A stretch of DNA of 64,000 bases from Octopus sinensis (GCF_006345805.1 NC_043009.1:57040001-57104000); one strand, 5' to 3'; positions 35,938 to 49,243 are shown, numbered from the stretch's first letter. Numbers and translations are program-made. Notes: a model not told the origin generated them from the sequence alone.

Positions 35938-37039
35938 GAGAATAGAAAAAGAAGTGATACAAAAGTGAAAGGGAAAAAGAAAAGGTGACAGAAAACGAGG
36001 GAGAGCAAAACGAACAAAAGTAGGAAGAAAAAAATGAAGATAAAATAAAGATAGGGTAAGAAACAGTGTCGAGGAAAGAGAAGACGTGAAGAGAGAAGAG
36101 AATGTGGAGACGATGCCAGAGAGGGAGAGAGAGAGAGAGAGAGAGAGACACAAATGATAAGGGTAAGATACAGAGAGAATAGTGGAGAAACAGAAAGACA
36201 GAGAAGCAATACAAATAGAGTGGCGGCGGGGAGGAAGGTTAGATTGATAAGAGGAAGATAACCCTAACTAATCCTAACCCTAAAACAGATTGAAATGCAA
36301 TAGATCGATACTAGGGTCATAATTATGGGTGACAATTTCATATGACACCGCTAGAAAAAACAGCCATTCAAACCGAAAAGATCCGAGTTATGAAGTGACA
36401 CTCTCTTCATAACTCTTTCTCCTTTTGGGCAAGTGTCTTATACTCTGGCCTCGGGCTGACCAAAGCCCTGTGATAGGAGGAGAAAGGAAAGATATCTTTT
36501 ATTTGTGGCCATGCTGGGGCACCACTTTCAAGAATTTTTAGCCAAATGAATCAACGTTATTATTTTTTAAGCCTGGTACTTATTCTATCATTCTCATTTG
36601 TAATCGCTAAGTTACAGAGAAGTAAACACACCAACACCTGATTACAAGTCTGCTTGATCTAAGTGGCTAACCTAGAGTAAGCTGCCACAACAATGGGGAA
36701 AAAAAGGCTTCAGAGGGGCAATCTATACCCTGCACACACATAAATTTTTTCACAAATTATATGCTTTGCTTACCCATGCTTTTTAATTGAACTAAATTAA
36801 GCATTGTAACCGTTTGACTAAACTTGCTTATCAGGAAATTTGTAAATTCGATTAAAATTTTTTTTTTTTAAAGAATCACCATTATAGGTATTTATACTCC
36901 AGTGTAATTAAGAAATCAACTCGTAAATAAACGAAACCCTTGAAGCCATCACTGTACACACACACACACAACACACACACACACACACACACACACACGC
37001 GCAAAATCACATACCTATGTATGTATGTATTTAGGTATG

Positions 37040-37212
37040 TTTGAAGATAATCAAAACAAATTTTCATCATTTCGAGCCACTCACCCAATGAGTATTTCTG
37101 CCAAATTTGGTGAAAATCCATTCAGCCGTTTTCCAGTAATTTTGCAAACACACAGACAAACAGACGAAGACGAGTGATTACAATATCCAGCTTTCGCTTA
37201 TGCATGCAGGGA
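37040..37212 (+). mobile_element. Helentron/HINE-like element, 3' part
   Basis: gccaaatttggtgaaaatccattcagccg...aaacacacagacaaacagac...gagtgattacaata followed by a terminal hairpin-like tract. Confidence 0.5.
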
Positions 37213-37415
37213 AACAACAACATCAAATAATACTCCCTGCCCTAAACAAATCATTACTGCATGTTGGAGTGTACAGAGTGGTCATCAGTTAATTGGAAGT
37301 GTGGTTATAACTGAAAAAGCAGATTTGTTGTGGTTCACACCCACTCTCATCTGGTCACCTACCATGCTGGATCAAAACTGACCCAGGACTATACACAACA
37401 ACAAAATCAATATGA

Positions 37416-37785
37416 AACAAAAGCACTCAGAGAGCGCAAACCTTTGCCAAGGTAACACCAACGTCCTCTCAACGATTAGCTGGAGATGATTTTTAAAATT
37501 AGAATATCTAAAATAAACTCCCCTGCTCTCACAAACAAGAATACTAAAAATGAACCAGACCACTCTCTCAAAAATTAAGTGAAAAACAGGAAAGCTAATC
37601 CAGAATCCTTGTCTGGTGCTAGATCGATCCCAAAATATAATCAATTCGTGCCAGTTATGAGGCCAAACATCCCTGAAAGTTTCATCTGAATCCATCCAGT
37701 GGTTCTTGAGTTATCTTGTCCACCAAAAACAAACAAACAAACACGACTGAAAACAATACCTCTGCCTTAGTGAAGGCAGAGGTAA
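37416..37785 (+). mobile_element. Helentron/HINE-like element
   Basis: Starts aacaaaagcactcagagagcgcaaacc; contains aaagtttcatctgaatccatccagtgg...aaacaaacaaac; ends with the 10-bp hairpin ACCTCTGCCT-tagtga-AGGCAGAGGT. Confidence 0.6.
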
Positions 37786-37793
37786 TGATGATG

Positions 37794-37857
<64 letters not shown>

Positions 37858-39583
37858 TAATAATAATAATAACAATAATATTAATAATAATAATCGTTTC
37901 TACTAAAAGCACAAGGCCTGACATTTATGGGGAGAGAGTAAGTGAATCACATCAACTCCAGCACTTGACTCGTACTTAATTTATTGATCCTGAAGAGATG
38001 AAAGGCAAAGTCAACCTCAACAAAATTTCAACTCAGAACGTAAAGACAGATGAAATGCTGCTAAACATTTTGCCTGGTGTGCTAATGATTCTTTTCTACT
38101 CTAGGCACAAGGCTCAAAATTTTTTAGGGAGGGAGCCAGTCAATTAGATCGACTCCAGTACACAACTGGTATTTAATTTACTTGTCTGGTGTGCTAACGA
38201 TTCTGCCAGCTCACCGGCTTAAACAGCATGAAATAATAGCAACTTAATTGTAATATAATTATAATGGATGGTGACACATACTTAAGTAATATTTGAGTCA
38301 ATATTAACAAAAACGTTAGCAAATAAAAACAAAGGGATGTTTCTCACCAACAGCAGTTGTGATGTAATTTTCAAGTGACTGCATAGCTTAAAGCAGTCCA
38401 CAGATTGTCTCTATTCAGAATATGAATTACTATGAAAGTTTGGAAAATATTAAGACTCTACTCCCTGGAGTGGAGAACAGAAAATTATACAGTAAATACA
38501 TACATTAATATGATGGACGTCAACTCAGTATTTGTTTGGTATGACCGTTGCTTGAAACAAAACTGCAAAGGGGGAATGATGTTTTGAGCCAGGCTTTTAG
38601 TGCAACTTTTGTTTAATTGTTTCTTCTTATTTAGATGTTGTGCAAAACTATGAAAATAAGTACAGTGTACGGACATGTGTCGTTGAATGCCACCCCACCA
38701 CCCCACCATCTCATCCAACCAATGGCAACAATTTTTATTGCATAATTGGTAAACATTCTTTCAAGTGGCAAAGAATTTAACAGGGGCATGTTTATTTACC
38801 CATGCATACATAACACCCACACCCACACACACATATTTAAGTGTGCATCTTTGTGTATATATGTGTGTGTATACACACACACATTTATATATAAATTGAA
38901 GGCACATGGCATAGTAGTTAGATCATTACACTCACAATTGCTAGATCATGGGTTAGATTCCCAGGTGTTGCATTCTTGAGCAAAACTCTTCGTTTCCCAT
39001 TGCTCCAGTCTCTACTTTCGATTGTGGGGCAGGAGGTGACCTACCAGGTAATTTTCGGGCAGGAGCTGACCAACCCGGTAATTCCCAGGAAAGTGGGACT
39101 TATCCCTTGGTTCCATTCTCATAATTGTTTTGCTAATCATAATTATGCAACATACCCTCACTTGAATTAGAGATAAATTTCAAATGGATGGACCTGTTCA
39201 GAATGCCCACAAGAAACATTTCAGAAGAACGTAGACATCAATACATTGCCAGAGGTCATAAAAATTTGTGCGGCAAATTTGAGACAGGAATTTCAAAGTT
39301 AAGAATAATTGTTTTGCTAATAACAACAATACAAAGTATGAAGCCCTTAAAACGGTTTTTGTGCATTTACAGAGAATACCAAACTGTCTTACACAGGATC
39401 TTGTTTTTAGGAATTCCCAAATTGTGAAGTCAGTTATGTAATAACATGATCTTAGTTACCTGATAGTAAGAATTCAAATAAAGTAGCCCTGCATGCATGC
39501 ATGCATGCATGTATGTATGTACGTATGTATGTATGTATTTATGTATGTATGTCAATAATTGAAACAAGTAAAAGAATAAAAGA

Positions 39584-39664
<81 letters not shown>

Positions 39665-39807
39665 CACAATAACGTGTTTTTTTTAAATTCTAAACAGTGT
39701 TCTATATAACAATAACAGTTGTACTGCATAATAAATCACACTACACCATGCTCAACTTCCAATGTAGGCAGGTATGTATGTATGTAGGTAGGTAGGTAAG
39801 TAGGTAA

Positions 39808-39881
<74 letters not shown>

Positions 39882-39940
39882 GGATAGATAAACAGATAGA
39901 TAAGACAAGTTATAAATAATGGTCATTACATATTTTTCCC

Positions 39941-40017
39941 TTATTAGAGTAAATTTGGCTTACAGCTGTTTTAGAATAACCACTGGAAACAATTGTAAGC
40001 CAGATTTGCTCTAATAA
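39941..40017. repeat. Inverted pair of hammerhead 3' halves
   Basis: 32-bp arms (27/32 match). Each arm read outward gives (G/A)AAA-CAAUU/CAGCU-GUA-AGCC, i.e. the stem III/cleavage/stem I' half of the ribozymes at 28043 and 53321. Confidence 0.7.
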
Positions 40018-40568
40018 CACAAAAATATGTAATGATCGTTAGCTATACCTTGTCTTGTATATTCCTCTGTGTAAAACCCAGTTTGTCTGGAGCCCAGCCA
40101 CGGATTTACAATATAAAATTGCGATGAACCATAACTTTGGACCCTGCCATAAGAATACTTGGAGTTCTTCACTAATCTAAACAATTTTGGAAGAAACAAT
40201 ATAAGTAATGAGTGGAAATTGAACCAGTGAGTGTGTTAGGCAACAAAGCATCAAGACAATATGACTATCCCCAGACACAACTAAACACTATTGTTAGCAT
40301 GGTGTACAAACAGAGAGCACATGTGTTTGTACATATGTGTGTACTCTTCATTCTCTTTTACTCTTTTATTCATTTCAGTCATTTGACTGTGGCCATGCTG
40401 GAGCACCGCCTTTAGTCAAACAAATCGAACCCAGGAATCATTCTTTGTAAGAACAGTACTTATTCTATCAGTTCTCTTTTGCCAAACCACTAAGCTACAG
40501 GGACTTAAACACACCTGCATCAGTTGTCAAGCGATGGTGGGGGGACAAACACACACACACACACACAC

Positions 40569-40619
<51 letters not shown>

Positions 40620-40794
40620 ATGGGCTTCTTTCAGTTTCCATTTATGAAATCCACTCACAAGGCTTTGGTTAGCCTGAGGCTATAGTAGAAACACTTGCCT
40701 AAAGTGCCATGCAGTGGGACTGAACCTGGAACCATGTGGTTGGTAAGCAACTTACTTACCACACAGCCACTCCTGCACCTGTATGTATATATAG

Positions 40795-41735
40795 AGTCAT
40801 CCGAAAATTAAGTTCTTTTTTAATCTAAAATATACTCTCCATCATTTTCCACAATGCTCTTCCATTTATCTGGTAGACTTGCAAGGCCCCTCTTCCAAAA
40901 TTCACTTCTCCATGATGAAAAATACTCCTCCAGCACTGTTCTGACTTTGTCTACAGAATTTATATTTTTTCCATCCAAATGATTTTGAAGACTGTGGAAT
41001 AAATGATTATCAAATGGGACAATGTCCGGCAAATATGGTGGGTGGGGCATTATTTCCCATTCAAACTGCTCCAGCCTTTAGAGTGTCATCCTTGCTGTAT
41101 GTGGCTGAGCATTATCCTGATGGAAGAACACCTTTCATCTTGAAACCCAAAATGATCATTTTTCTTCTAGTACTGACTTAAGTAGCTCAAGCTTCTCACA
41201 GTAGATCTCCTTTGTTATTGTTTGGTTTTGAATTAAAAGTTCAAAGTGGACTAAACCTTTCATATCCCACCAAACAGGTAACACCTTACATGGATGAAGA
41301 CCTTCTTTAGCTTGGGGTGCCAGTGTTTCTCCTTTCCCTACCCACTGTCTTTAGCACTTGACATTTTTATAGAGAACCCATTTCTCATCACTAGTCACTA
41401 TTTGGTCCAAAAAAGGTTCATTCATGAGAGGTAACAGCAAAGAAGAGCACACATTCACTCTCTGCATGCAATTAGAATTGGGAAGTTTGTGAAGAACTCA
41501 CTGACCCAAATTACTGACTTTTCTGATGGCACACAGGTGTTGATGAATGGTTGAATGACCAAATCCAAGCTTCTCTGCAAGTTCCTCAACTGTTATGATG
41601 GTATTTTGTTCCAGCAGGGTTTGAAGGACATACTTGTCATTTGCAGGTGATACTCTACAGGTCTTCTAGGATGAGGCTCATCTTCTAGGCTGAAGTTTCC
41701 GGCTCAGAATTTCTGGAACCACCATTGACACTAGC
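40795..41735 (-). pseudogene. Decayed mariner transposase
   Basis: IVTSDEKWVLY (first catalytic Asp), later PHPPYLPDIVPFDNHLFHSLQNHL...LPDKWKSIVENDGEY; many stops and frameshifts. Confidence 0.85.
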
Positions 41736-41787
41736 TTATACTTATTGTCTGATCCTCATATACTACATCAATATTCCTAACACTTTC

Positions 41788-42016
41788 TTATTTCTTTACT
41801 GCCCACAAGGGGCTAAACACAGAGAGGACAAACAAGGACAGACAAACGGATTAAGTCGATTATATAGATCCCAGTGCATAACTGGTACTTATTTAATCGA
41901 CCCCGAAAGGATGAAAGGTAAAATCGACCTCGGTGGAATTTGAACTCAGAACGTAGCAGCAGGCAAAATACCGCTAAGCATTTCGCCCAGCGTGCTAACC
42001 TTTCTACCAGCTCGCC
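41788..42016 (-). mobile_element. SINE family A1
   Basis: Near-identical to 4486-4717. Confidence 0.8.
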
Positions 42017-42793
42017 ACTTTTCTGTTGTATTGTTGCCTTTATTGAACTCATAAAGCAAAATATGTTGAATATGCTCCTTTGCCACTTCCATTATAGCTT
42101 TGAAAAAATAAGTGTTAAAATCGAACTGCACTCTTCAAAACTTGCACTAAGAATAAGCACAAGGTGAACTTACTACCTGCTTTTATAGCAAATTGATGCA
42201 GGTAGTTTATCCTATCCCCCTTTGACTTTTAATTCATGCAATTGAAAATCTGCACTATTTATGAGACGACCCAATACATATACATGCATACACATACATA
42301 CAGCTCCTGTGAACCGTCCTAACCATGCATGCATGGTAGATGGATGTTAAACAGCATGTGGGTGTCAGTGTATGATTGAATGTTATCTGCATGTCTAATT
42401 GTGTATGGTTTTGTTGGCCACTCGAAGATATATGAACCAAAACAAGTTTAGTTCTTTGTCACTTGAAAGAATGATTGTTTGCCAGTCATGCAATAAATGC
42501 TGTCTCTGTTGGTGGCGGTGGGTGAAAAGACACATGTCTGTACACAGGAGCTACTGTCATAATTTTGCATGTTTGGATAAGGAAGAAATATTTCAGCAAT
42601 GGCTGTAATAAAAAGCTGTTGGTCATTAACCCGGTTAAAAAGTCATCTTCACTAATTTACAGTTTGTTTCAAGAAATGAAAGCAACGGTTGTACTCAATA
42701 CTGACTTCTACAATCAGTCTGAAATTACATTGTAAGTAACTGTTGTTGAAGAAAAAATATATTTGTTTTTATTGGCTAGCATATACATATATA

Positions 42794-42851
<58 letters not shown>

Positions 42852-42853
42852 TA

Positions 42854-42905
<52 letters not shown>

Positions 42906-42907
42906 TA

Positions 42908-42957
<50 letters not shown>

Positions 42958-43120
42958 TGGAAATGTGAAACTCTGAGTAACAGCTTTTGTTATATTTCTG
43001 CTGCTTTTAAATAAAGCATATTACTCTACCTCTGGTATTTGAGTACTCTTTTTTTCCACCTTATTCGCATTTATGTGCTTACTCCGGTATGTGTATATAT
43101 ATATATATTTGTATATATAT

Positions 43121-43166
<46 letters not shown>

Positions 43167-43191
43167 ATATATATTATATATATATATATAT

Positions 43192-43596
43192 GGCCGTTTG
43201 CCAGCTCTGTCTGGCAACCGTGTCGGTGGCACGTAAAAGCACCATCCGTTCGCGTCCGTTGCCAGCCTCGGCTGGCCCCCGTGCCGGTGACACGTAAAAG
43301 CACCGTCCGTTCGTGGCCGGTTGCCAGCATCGCCTGGCCCCGTGCCGGTGACACGTAAAAGCACCATCCGTTCGTGGCCGTTCGCCAGCTCTGTCTGGCA
43401 CCTGTGCAGGTGGCACGTAAAAAACACCCACTACACTCGCGGAGTGGTTGGCGTTAGGAAGGGCATCCAGCCGTAGAAACACTGCCAGATCTGACTGGGC
43501 CTGACGAAGCCTTCCAGCTTCACAGACCCCAGTTGACCGTCCAACCCATGCTAGCATGGAAAGCGGACGCTAAACGATGATGATGATGATGATGAT
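43192..43596 (+). mobile_element. RTE-type LINE 3' tail (family C) with tandem ~60-70 bp units and a (GAT)n end
   Basis: Units gtggcacgtaaaagcaccatccg...gtgccg, then gagtggttggcgttaggaagggcatccagc...catggaaagcggacgctaaac(gat)n. Other copies at ~900-1095, 6605-6858, 10505-10892, 13890-14150, 15650-15930, 19000-19190, 20385-20585, 21783-22052, 26870-27008, 30015-30663, 46110-46300, 51197-51500, 53865-54140 and 57830-58375. The RTE assignment is inferred from the ORF-end remnant at ~15655-15705 (DQDLWHYVMLKKKTH*). Confidence 0.7.
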
Positions 43597-43819
43597 TTGT
43601 GTGTGTGTGCATTTGTATTCCCACCATTGCTTGACAACTGATGTTAGTATGTTCACGTCCCCGATACTTAGCAGTTTGGTAAAGGAGATCAATAGAATAA
43701 TACTAGGCTTACAAACCCTAACCCTAATAAGTCCTGGGTTTGATTTATTTGACTAAAGGTGGTACTCCAGAATGGCCACAGACAAATGACTGAAACAAGT
43801 AAAAGAAAAGAATAAAAGA

Positions 43820-44085
43820 CTTGCACTAAACGAGGCTGCAAAGAGAGAAGTTTGGAGACGCCACTATGAAAGGTTGTTCAATAAAGAGAATGCATGGGAG
43901 AAAGAGAGTCTGCTGAATGTTGACCCAACAGAGGGACCAGCTATCCAAACTGACAGTCCCTTGATAAATAAAGCAATTAAGGGTATGAAGACAGGGAAAG
44001 CCCCCGGCCCATCAGGAATCACCGCAGAGATGCTCAAAATATCTGGCGGTGTCGGCTATAGCCTAGTCACCCATATAGTTAACAC
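43820..44085 (+). pseudogene. RTE-clade LINE ORF2 fragment
   Basis: INKAIKGMKTGKAPGPSGITAEMLK is the K.GKA.G.DGI..E.LK motif at the start of the RT. Confidence 0.8.
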
Positions 44086-44584
44086 GAAGGAGTTATACTC
44101 TAAGTTTGTTTCTCTGGTATAGAGAGTATATATCTAAGGCATTAAAATAAGGATGAAGAAGTGTACAGCCACAAAGCTTGTTTATTACAGTCTTAAATAC
44201 AATATAATCCCTTTAAATCATGGCAGGACACATGTCCTTCCTGAGTGAGCTTTCAGTATTTCACTGTAGCAAGGAATGATTCTAACTCACCAGCATAGTT
44301 ATTAACTTGCTGCCTCACAAAGCTGTCTGTTTTTTTTTATTTAAGATGCATACATAGCAGATTTCTGAAGACCTTTTATACAAAAGCCTAGATTCTTAAG
44401 TCTAGGGTAGCAGTAAACGTCCAGTACTTAAAACATGGAGGAAAACGAAAGTTGTCAAGGAATTGTATAGTTTTAGGATGAACCTCAAGGTAAAACTTAC
44501 AGAAGTGCATGAAGTTCAGCTTCATGGCAGAAGAAACCAGACAAGGTTTTGCTTGTATCTCTGTTATTGAGCTACCATCCTTGC

Positions 44585-44804
44585 TTAACCCTTTTGTTAC
44601 CATATTTCTACTGAGATGCTCTGTGTTTCTTTCAATTAATTTTAAATATAACAAAGAAAAAAGTAAAGTATCTTAATTGTCATTAAGCTAGTGTTAGGAA
44701 CATTAATTGTGACTAAGGTTTAGTGGAAGATTTTAATTTAAAACTTATGAAAACAAGATATTTGTATTACAGAGCCAGAGCCGGGTTGGTAACGAAAGGG
44801 TTAA
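44585..44804. mobile_element. TTAA-flanked MITE family 2
   Basis: TTAAcccttttgttacc ... ggtaacgaaagggTTAA; reverse-oriented copy at 50348-50577; partial copy at ~8580-8740. Confidence 0.75.
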
Positions 44805-44967
44805 AATGGATCTGAGGCATTAAAAGTTGTCCACTTCTTTAACATTTTGTCTGCTCAGCATGATTTCGGTTGCAGTGTTCTGGTTGTGGCTATAAAACAA
44901 AAGCCATTGGCACTCTGCCAGTTATGACAACATGTGTTTCCAGTTGATTCGATCAACGGAACAGTCT

Positions 44968-45207
44968 TATTTTTTATTTTTTTATTGCCCACAAGTGGCT
45001 AAACACAGAGGGGACAAACAAAGACAGACAAAGGGATTGAGTCAATTACATTGACCCCCAGTGCGTAACTGGTACTTAATTTATCGACCCCGAAAGGATG
45101 AAAGGCAAAGTCGACCTCGGCAGAATTTGAACTTAGAACGTAAAAGCAGACGAAATACCACTAAGTATTTCGCCCCAATGTGCTAACGTTTCTGCCAGCT
45201 CGCCGCC
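44968..45207 (-). mobile_element. SINE family A1
   Basis: Near-identical to 4486-4717. Confidence 0.8.
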
Positions 45208-46314
45208 TTTGGTCAGATATGGAACAGTCTGCTCGTGAAATTAATGTGCAAGTGGATAAGCACTCTACAAACGCACATACTCTTGACGTAGTTCTCGTAG
45301 AGATTCAGCATGATACAGAATGTGATAGGCCTGGTCCCTTTAAATTACATGTACACACTAGCATAGCTAGAGCGTACTGCCCAGGACAGCCCTTCCGTTT
45401 GCCACCCCTGGACCCCTCTAAAAGCACATACTACCTACAGCAATAGCCTGCAACAACATGAAAAGTACCACCCCTTTAAAAGTACTGCAGCTACCCCCCC
45501 CTCCTGCTATGCTAGTGCTTGTATGACTTATTTTTGTCAGCTGAGTAGACAGGAGCAATGTGAAATAAAGTGTCTTGCAGAAGGAGAGAATGCACCACAG
45601 GGAATGGAATCCATGACCTGAATACACCAGCCACTGTAGCCATTCACACTTTCACACTATAGCCATTAACCACAAGTTAAACCTCCCGTGCCAGTATGGA
45701 AGACAGACGTTAAATGATGATGATGATCACAGTTTCCAATAGTACTCTGTTGATTTCAACAATGGCTATTCAGTTGTTTAATCAACTAAATTTCCTGCTC
45801 ATTTAATTAGTGTAGAAGTGGCTGAGCATTCCACAGACATATGTGCCCTTAACCATTTAGTGTTTAAACCAACCGTGTCTGACCAAAATATCCTACCATC
45901 TTTATGTTCAAACTGGCCAGATCCTACCTCTCACACCTATCCTACAATGTCATTCTGAAAATAAACACTCAGATCAATGACATCTCAAAGCTGCAAGACA
46001 ATGCATGATTAATTCAAAACAAAGTGAATGAATAAGCCTTACATTTGACAGAGACATCTGAATGCTAAGCAGAATCAGTAAGACAGGGCTTAGGACAAGA
46101 TGTACATCATCACCATCATCATCATCATCATCATCATCGTTTAACGTCCGCTTTCCATGCTAGCATGGGTTGGATGATTTGACTGAGGTCTGGTGAAACA
46201 GGCTCCAATCTCATCTGGCAGAGTTTCTACAGCTAGATGCCCTTCCTAACACCAACCACTCCGAGAGTGTAGTGGATGCTTTTACGTGCCACCAGCATGA
46301 CGATAATAATAATA

Positions 46315-46345
<31 letters not shown>

Positions 46346-46350
46346 TAATT

Positions 46351-49170
46351 AATTCTTTTTTATTGGCCACAAGGGCTGACACGCATGATTACATAAAGGG
46401 AAAAGACAGGACGAAAGGTTACAAAGGGTTTTGCCGTTTTTGAAAAACATTGAGTAAAAACTTTATAACAATAATTATAAAACAATGAAAAACTCCCAAA
46501 AGGGGGAGACGTTTCGAAAGGTTCCTGGTGGAAAAAACCCTACAAAAGCCAACGGGAGCCTGGTCAAAAAAGGGGTGTAGAGAGTCCCTTTTTTCTCCTT
46601 TTGTATTACTTTTTTGAAATCACAGGCGAAACCTGAGAACTGGTCCATTTATACTGGCCAGTCTCGCACAATTCACCCACCTTTCATAAAACTTGCTATC
46701 GGACAGCACTTTCCTCTCTAACCTCATCTTCCTTTTCAAGTGAAACTTGAAAAAGTTGATGAGGCCTTGACCAAAGAGGAAAGTGTCTGACTTTAGCCCT
46801 TTCAAATGAGTCCACCACACCACCTCTTTCGCCACAGCCACTAGGCACAAGAAAACGGCCTCGCCCTCCTTGTTAAAGGAGGTCGGCGGGGCAATCTTCA
46901 CTATGGATTCGGCCGATAGTCGGATCTGTCCTACACGTGACAGTAGCTGTTCGACATAAACCTATATTTCAGCAATACTCGGGCACTGGACGAGTGCGTG
47001 CAGAACGGTTTCGTCGTCCTGGTAACACCTCGGGCAGGCCCGGCTGACGGCACTTCCGTGCCGATACAGTTTATCTCGAACAGGCAGAGCCCCTCGGTAG
47101 CGCTGCCAGGCGAGCGACCTCTGGAAATTATCCATCGGCCCCGGCCCGAAAGTCCTCCCGAACAGACCGCTCAGTTCGTCGTCTTCAACGCCTATAGTTT
47201 CCCCGAGAACGTCGTCGCATTTTTCCTCCACTAACCCTCTATAGAACGCTAGAGTGCAGCTGTAACCGATCGCATTGCCCGCCTGACGGAGGGCGGAGAG
47301 GGCTTGACGGCACTCGAGGTGCCAAGCGCCCTTTCTCGGTCTACGTTTGATCCAGGTCTGCAGCTCCGTCAAAGAGACGAGCTGCGGAAAATTGCGTCTG
47401 ACAAAAGACGACCACACCTGTTCACCGTCTAGGAAGCGCTTGAGATGCCGCAGCCTGAGCGCATGTCTGCGCAACAGCAACCACGGCATTCCAAGGCCTC
47501 CATTCAGCGGTCGTTGACAGCAGATGGATCGCCTGACCAGTGGCACCTGACCCTTCCACAAAAAGTCGAAGACCAGGCGTACCAGCCTGGCCAACCAGCG
47601 GTCGGGACAAGGGACGACGGTCAAGCGGTAATAGATGACGGATGCGATGTACGCATTCGCCACCTCCGCTCGACCTTTCAGAGACAGCTTCCTCTCGGCA
47701 CATTTCTGGGTGAGACGTGCAACCCTGCTCGTCACCTCTTCCCAGTTCTTATCCACCTGGAGGTCCGGACCGAACCAGACCCCGAGCAATTTAACGGGTC
47801 CGTCTGTCCAGCGCCCTACGACACTGTTGGACGGCATGGGCTTGCCTCTCCAGGTGCCCAGTTGCAAGCCCACAGACTTTTCCGCATTAATCTTTGCCCC
47901 TGTCACAGCTTCGTACTGGTTTAGTGTCTCGCCAATCAGGCCAATGTGCCTGTGGCTCGACACCACCACGGTGACGTCGTCGGCATAGGCAGACACGCTG
48001 TTTCCGCCTCCTAGATTGCGCAGGATACCCCTCAAAGCCTCCAACTTGCGCAGTAATGGCTCGAGAGTCAAAATGTACAAGAGGGAGGAGAGAGGGCATC
48101 CTTGGCGGACCGAACGCGAGATGTCGAACGGTTCCAAAAGGTGACTGTTCACCCGTATCACCGAGCAGATGTTGCTGTATAAAGCAGCTATCCACCCGCG
48201 GAACACTGGACCGAAGCCGGCTGCCTTGAGGACAGCTGCCAGGTACCGATGGTCGACCCTATCGAAGGCTTTACTCTGATCCAAATTGATCAAAGCCCTA
48301 CCCGCGCCAGCGTCATTACCCACCCTCTCTATGATGTAGCGCATGAGATGGAGGTTGTCGTGTATCGACCTGGTCGGCACGGCGCATATCTGCGTCTTGC
48401 CAACCAGCTTGTCCATGACAAGCGCCAATCTCTTGGCTAGCACCTTGGCCAAAATCTTCAACTCTGCATTGAGCAGTGTGATGGGCCGGAAATTCCCTAT
48501 AACGTCCCCCTTGTTTGGGTCCTTCTTCAGCAAAGCCACCACCCCTCGACAGACAAAAGCAGGAATTCTCCCTTTTTACTGCCAGTTGCAGTAGACGTTT
48601 GCCAACAGGCCCGCAAACAAGTCTGGCATTGAAAAGTAAAGCTCGTAGGGCAGACCATCCAAACCCGGCGATCTACCTCTCGTGCAACTCTTCATCACTT
48701 CCTGTACTTCCCAGGCAGATATCGGTCCTTCGCAGCACTCTGCCTCGCTGTCCGAGACTTGTGGTAGGCCGTCCAGGTACACACCGAAGTCTGCACCGTT
48801 GTCCATTCCACCGCTCATCCCAAACAGTTGAGCAAAGTGCCGCTGAAGCACCGTATACATCTGCTTCGGTTCGGTAACCTCGCGCCCGTTCTGGTCCACC
48901 AAAGACCGAATGGTTGCTTTGTTGCCTCGCTTCACCTCCGCCACGCGGGCCCATCGAGCGGCTCTAGTCCCCTCCCCGCTTAGCGAACGTGCCTTAGCTC
49001 TGACAACGCAGCCTTCGTGTTTGGCGTTGAAGTGTTGGTCGAGGGCCAACCTTGCCGCCAACACGTCGGTCGCGATGCCAGTGTCAAGAGCCTCGTCTAG
49101 TTTCTTAACTAAATCCCGCTCTCTCTTCCTACGTTCAATAGCTAGAGTCTTACTATACCTAATCAACTTA
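46351..49170 (-). mobile_element. Tx1/L1-clade LINE, 5'-truncated, ORF2 interrupted only by two in-frame stops
   Basis: ORFs 48576-49259, 46962-48542 and 46620-46901 share one frame. Motifs GRSPGLDGLP.E.Y, NFRPITLLN, LDQSKAFDRVDH, VRQGCPLSSLLY, YADD, and C-terminal CPRC...ETVLHALVQC zinc knuckle; no endonuclease domain left; (AAT)n on both sides. Confidence 0.93.
46962..48542 (-). CDS. Tx1-like reverse transcriptase (largest open segment, 526 aa; pseudogenic in context)
   Basis: Complete RT motif set as above; bounded by premature TAA (48576) and TAG (46962). Confidence 0.85.
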   Translation of the reverse strand: MVALLKKDPNKGDVIGNFRPITLLNAELKILAKVLAKRLALVMDKLVGKTQICAVPTRSIHDNLHLMRYIIERVGNDAGAGRALINLDQSKAFDRVDHRYLAAVLKAAGFGPVFRGWIAALYSNICSVIRVNSHLLEPFDISRSVRQGCPLSSLLYILTLEPLLRKLEALRGILRNLGGGNSVSAYADDVTVVVSSHRHIGLIGETLNQYEAVTGAKINAEKSVGLQLGTWRGKPMPSNSVVGRWTDGPVKLLGVWFGPDLQVDKNWEEVTSRVARLTQKCAERKLSLKGRAEVANAYIASVIYYRLTVVPCPDRWLARLVRLVFDFLWKGQVPLVRRSICCQRPLNGGLGMPWLLLRRHALRLRHLKRFLDGEQVWSSFVRRNFPQLVSLTELQTWIKRRPRKGAWHLECRQALSALRQAGNAIGYSCTLAFYRGLVEEKCDDVLGETIGVEDDELSGLFGRTFGPGPMDNFQRSLAWQRYRGALPVRDKLYRHGSAVSRACPRCYQDDETVLHALVQCPSIAEI

Positions 49171-49209
49171 ATAATAATAATAACAACAACAATAATAATA
49201 ATAACAATG

Positions 49210-49243
<34 letters not shown>

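Noticed and set aside
39150-39430. Possible hAT transposase remnant
   Set aside because: Only a vague resemblance; no diagnostic motif, TIR pair or TSD that I could support.
42165-42210. let-7-like AGGTAGTA.GTT in a small hairpin
   Set aside because: Stem is only 9 bp, the match lies on the 3' arm and the seed-start and 3' half differ; not a pre-miRNA.
44367-44460. CTGAAGA followed by hairpins and GAAA
   Set aside because: The predicted cleavage position is G (not A/C/U) and there is no stem I.
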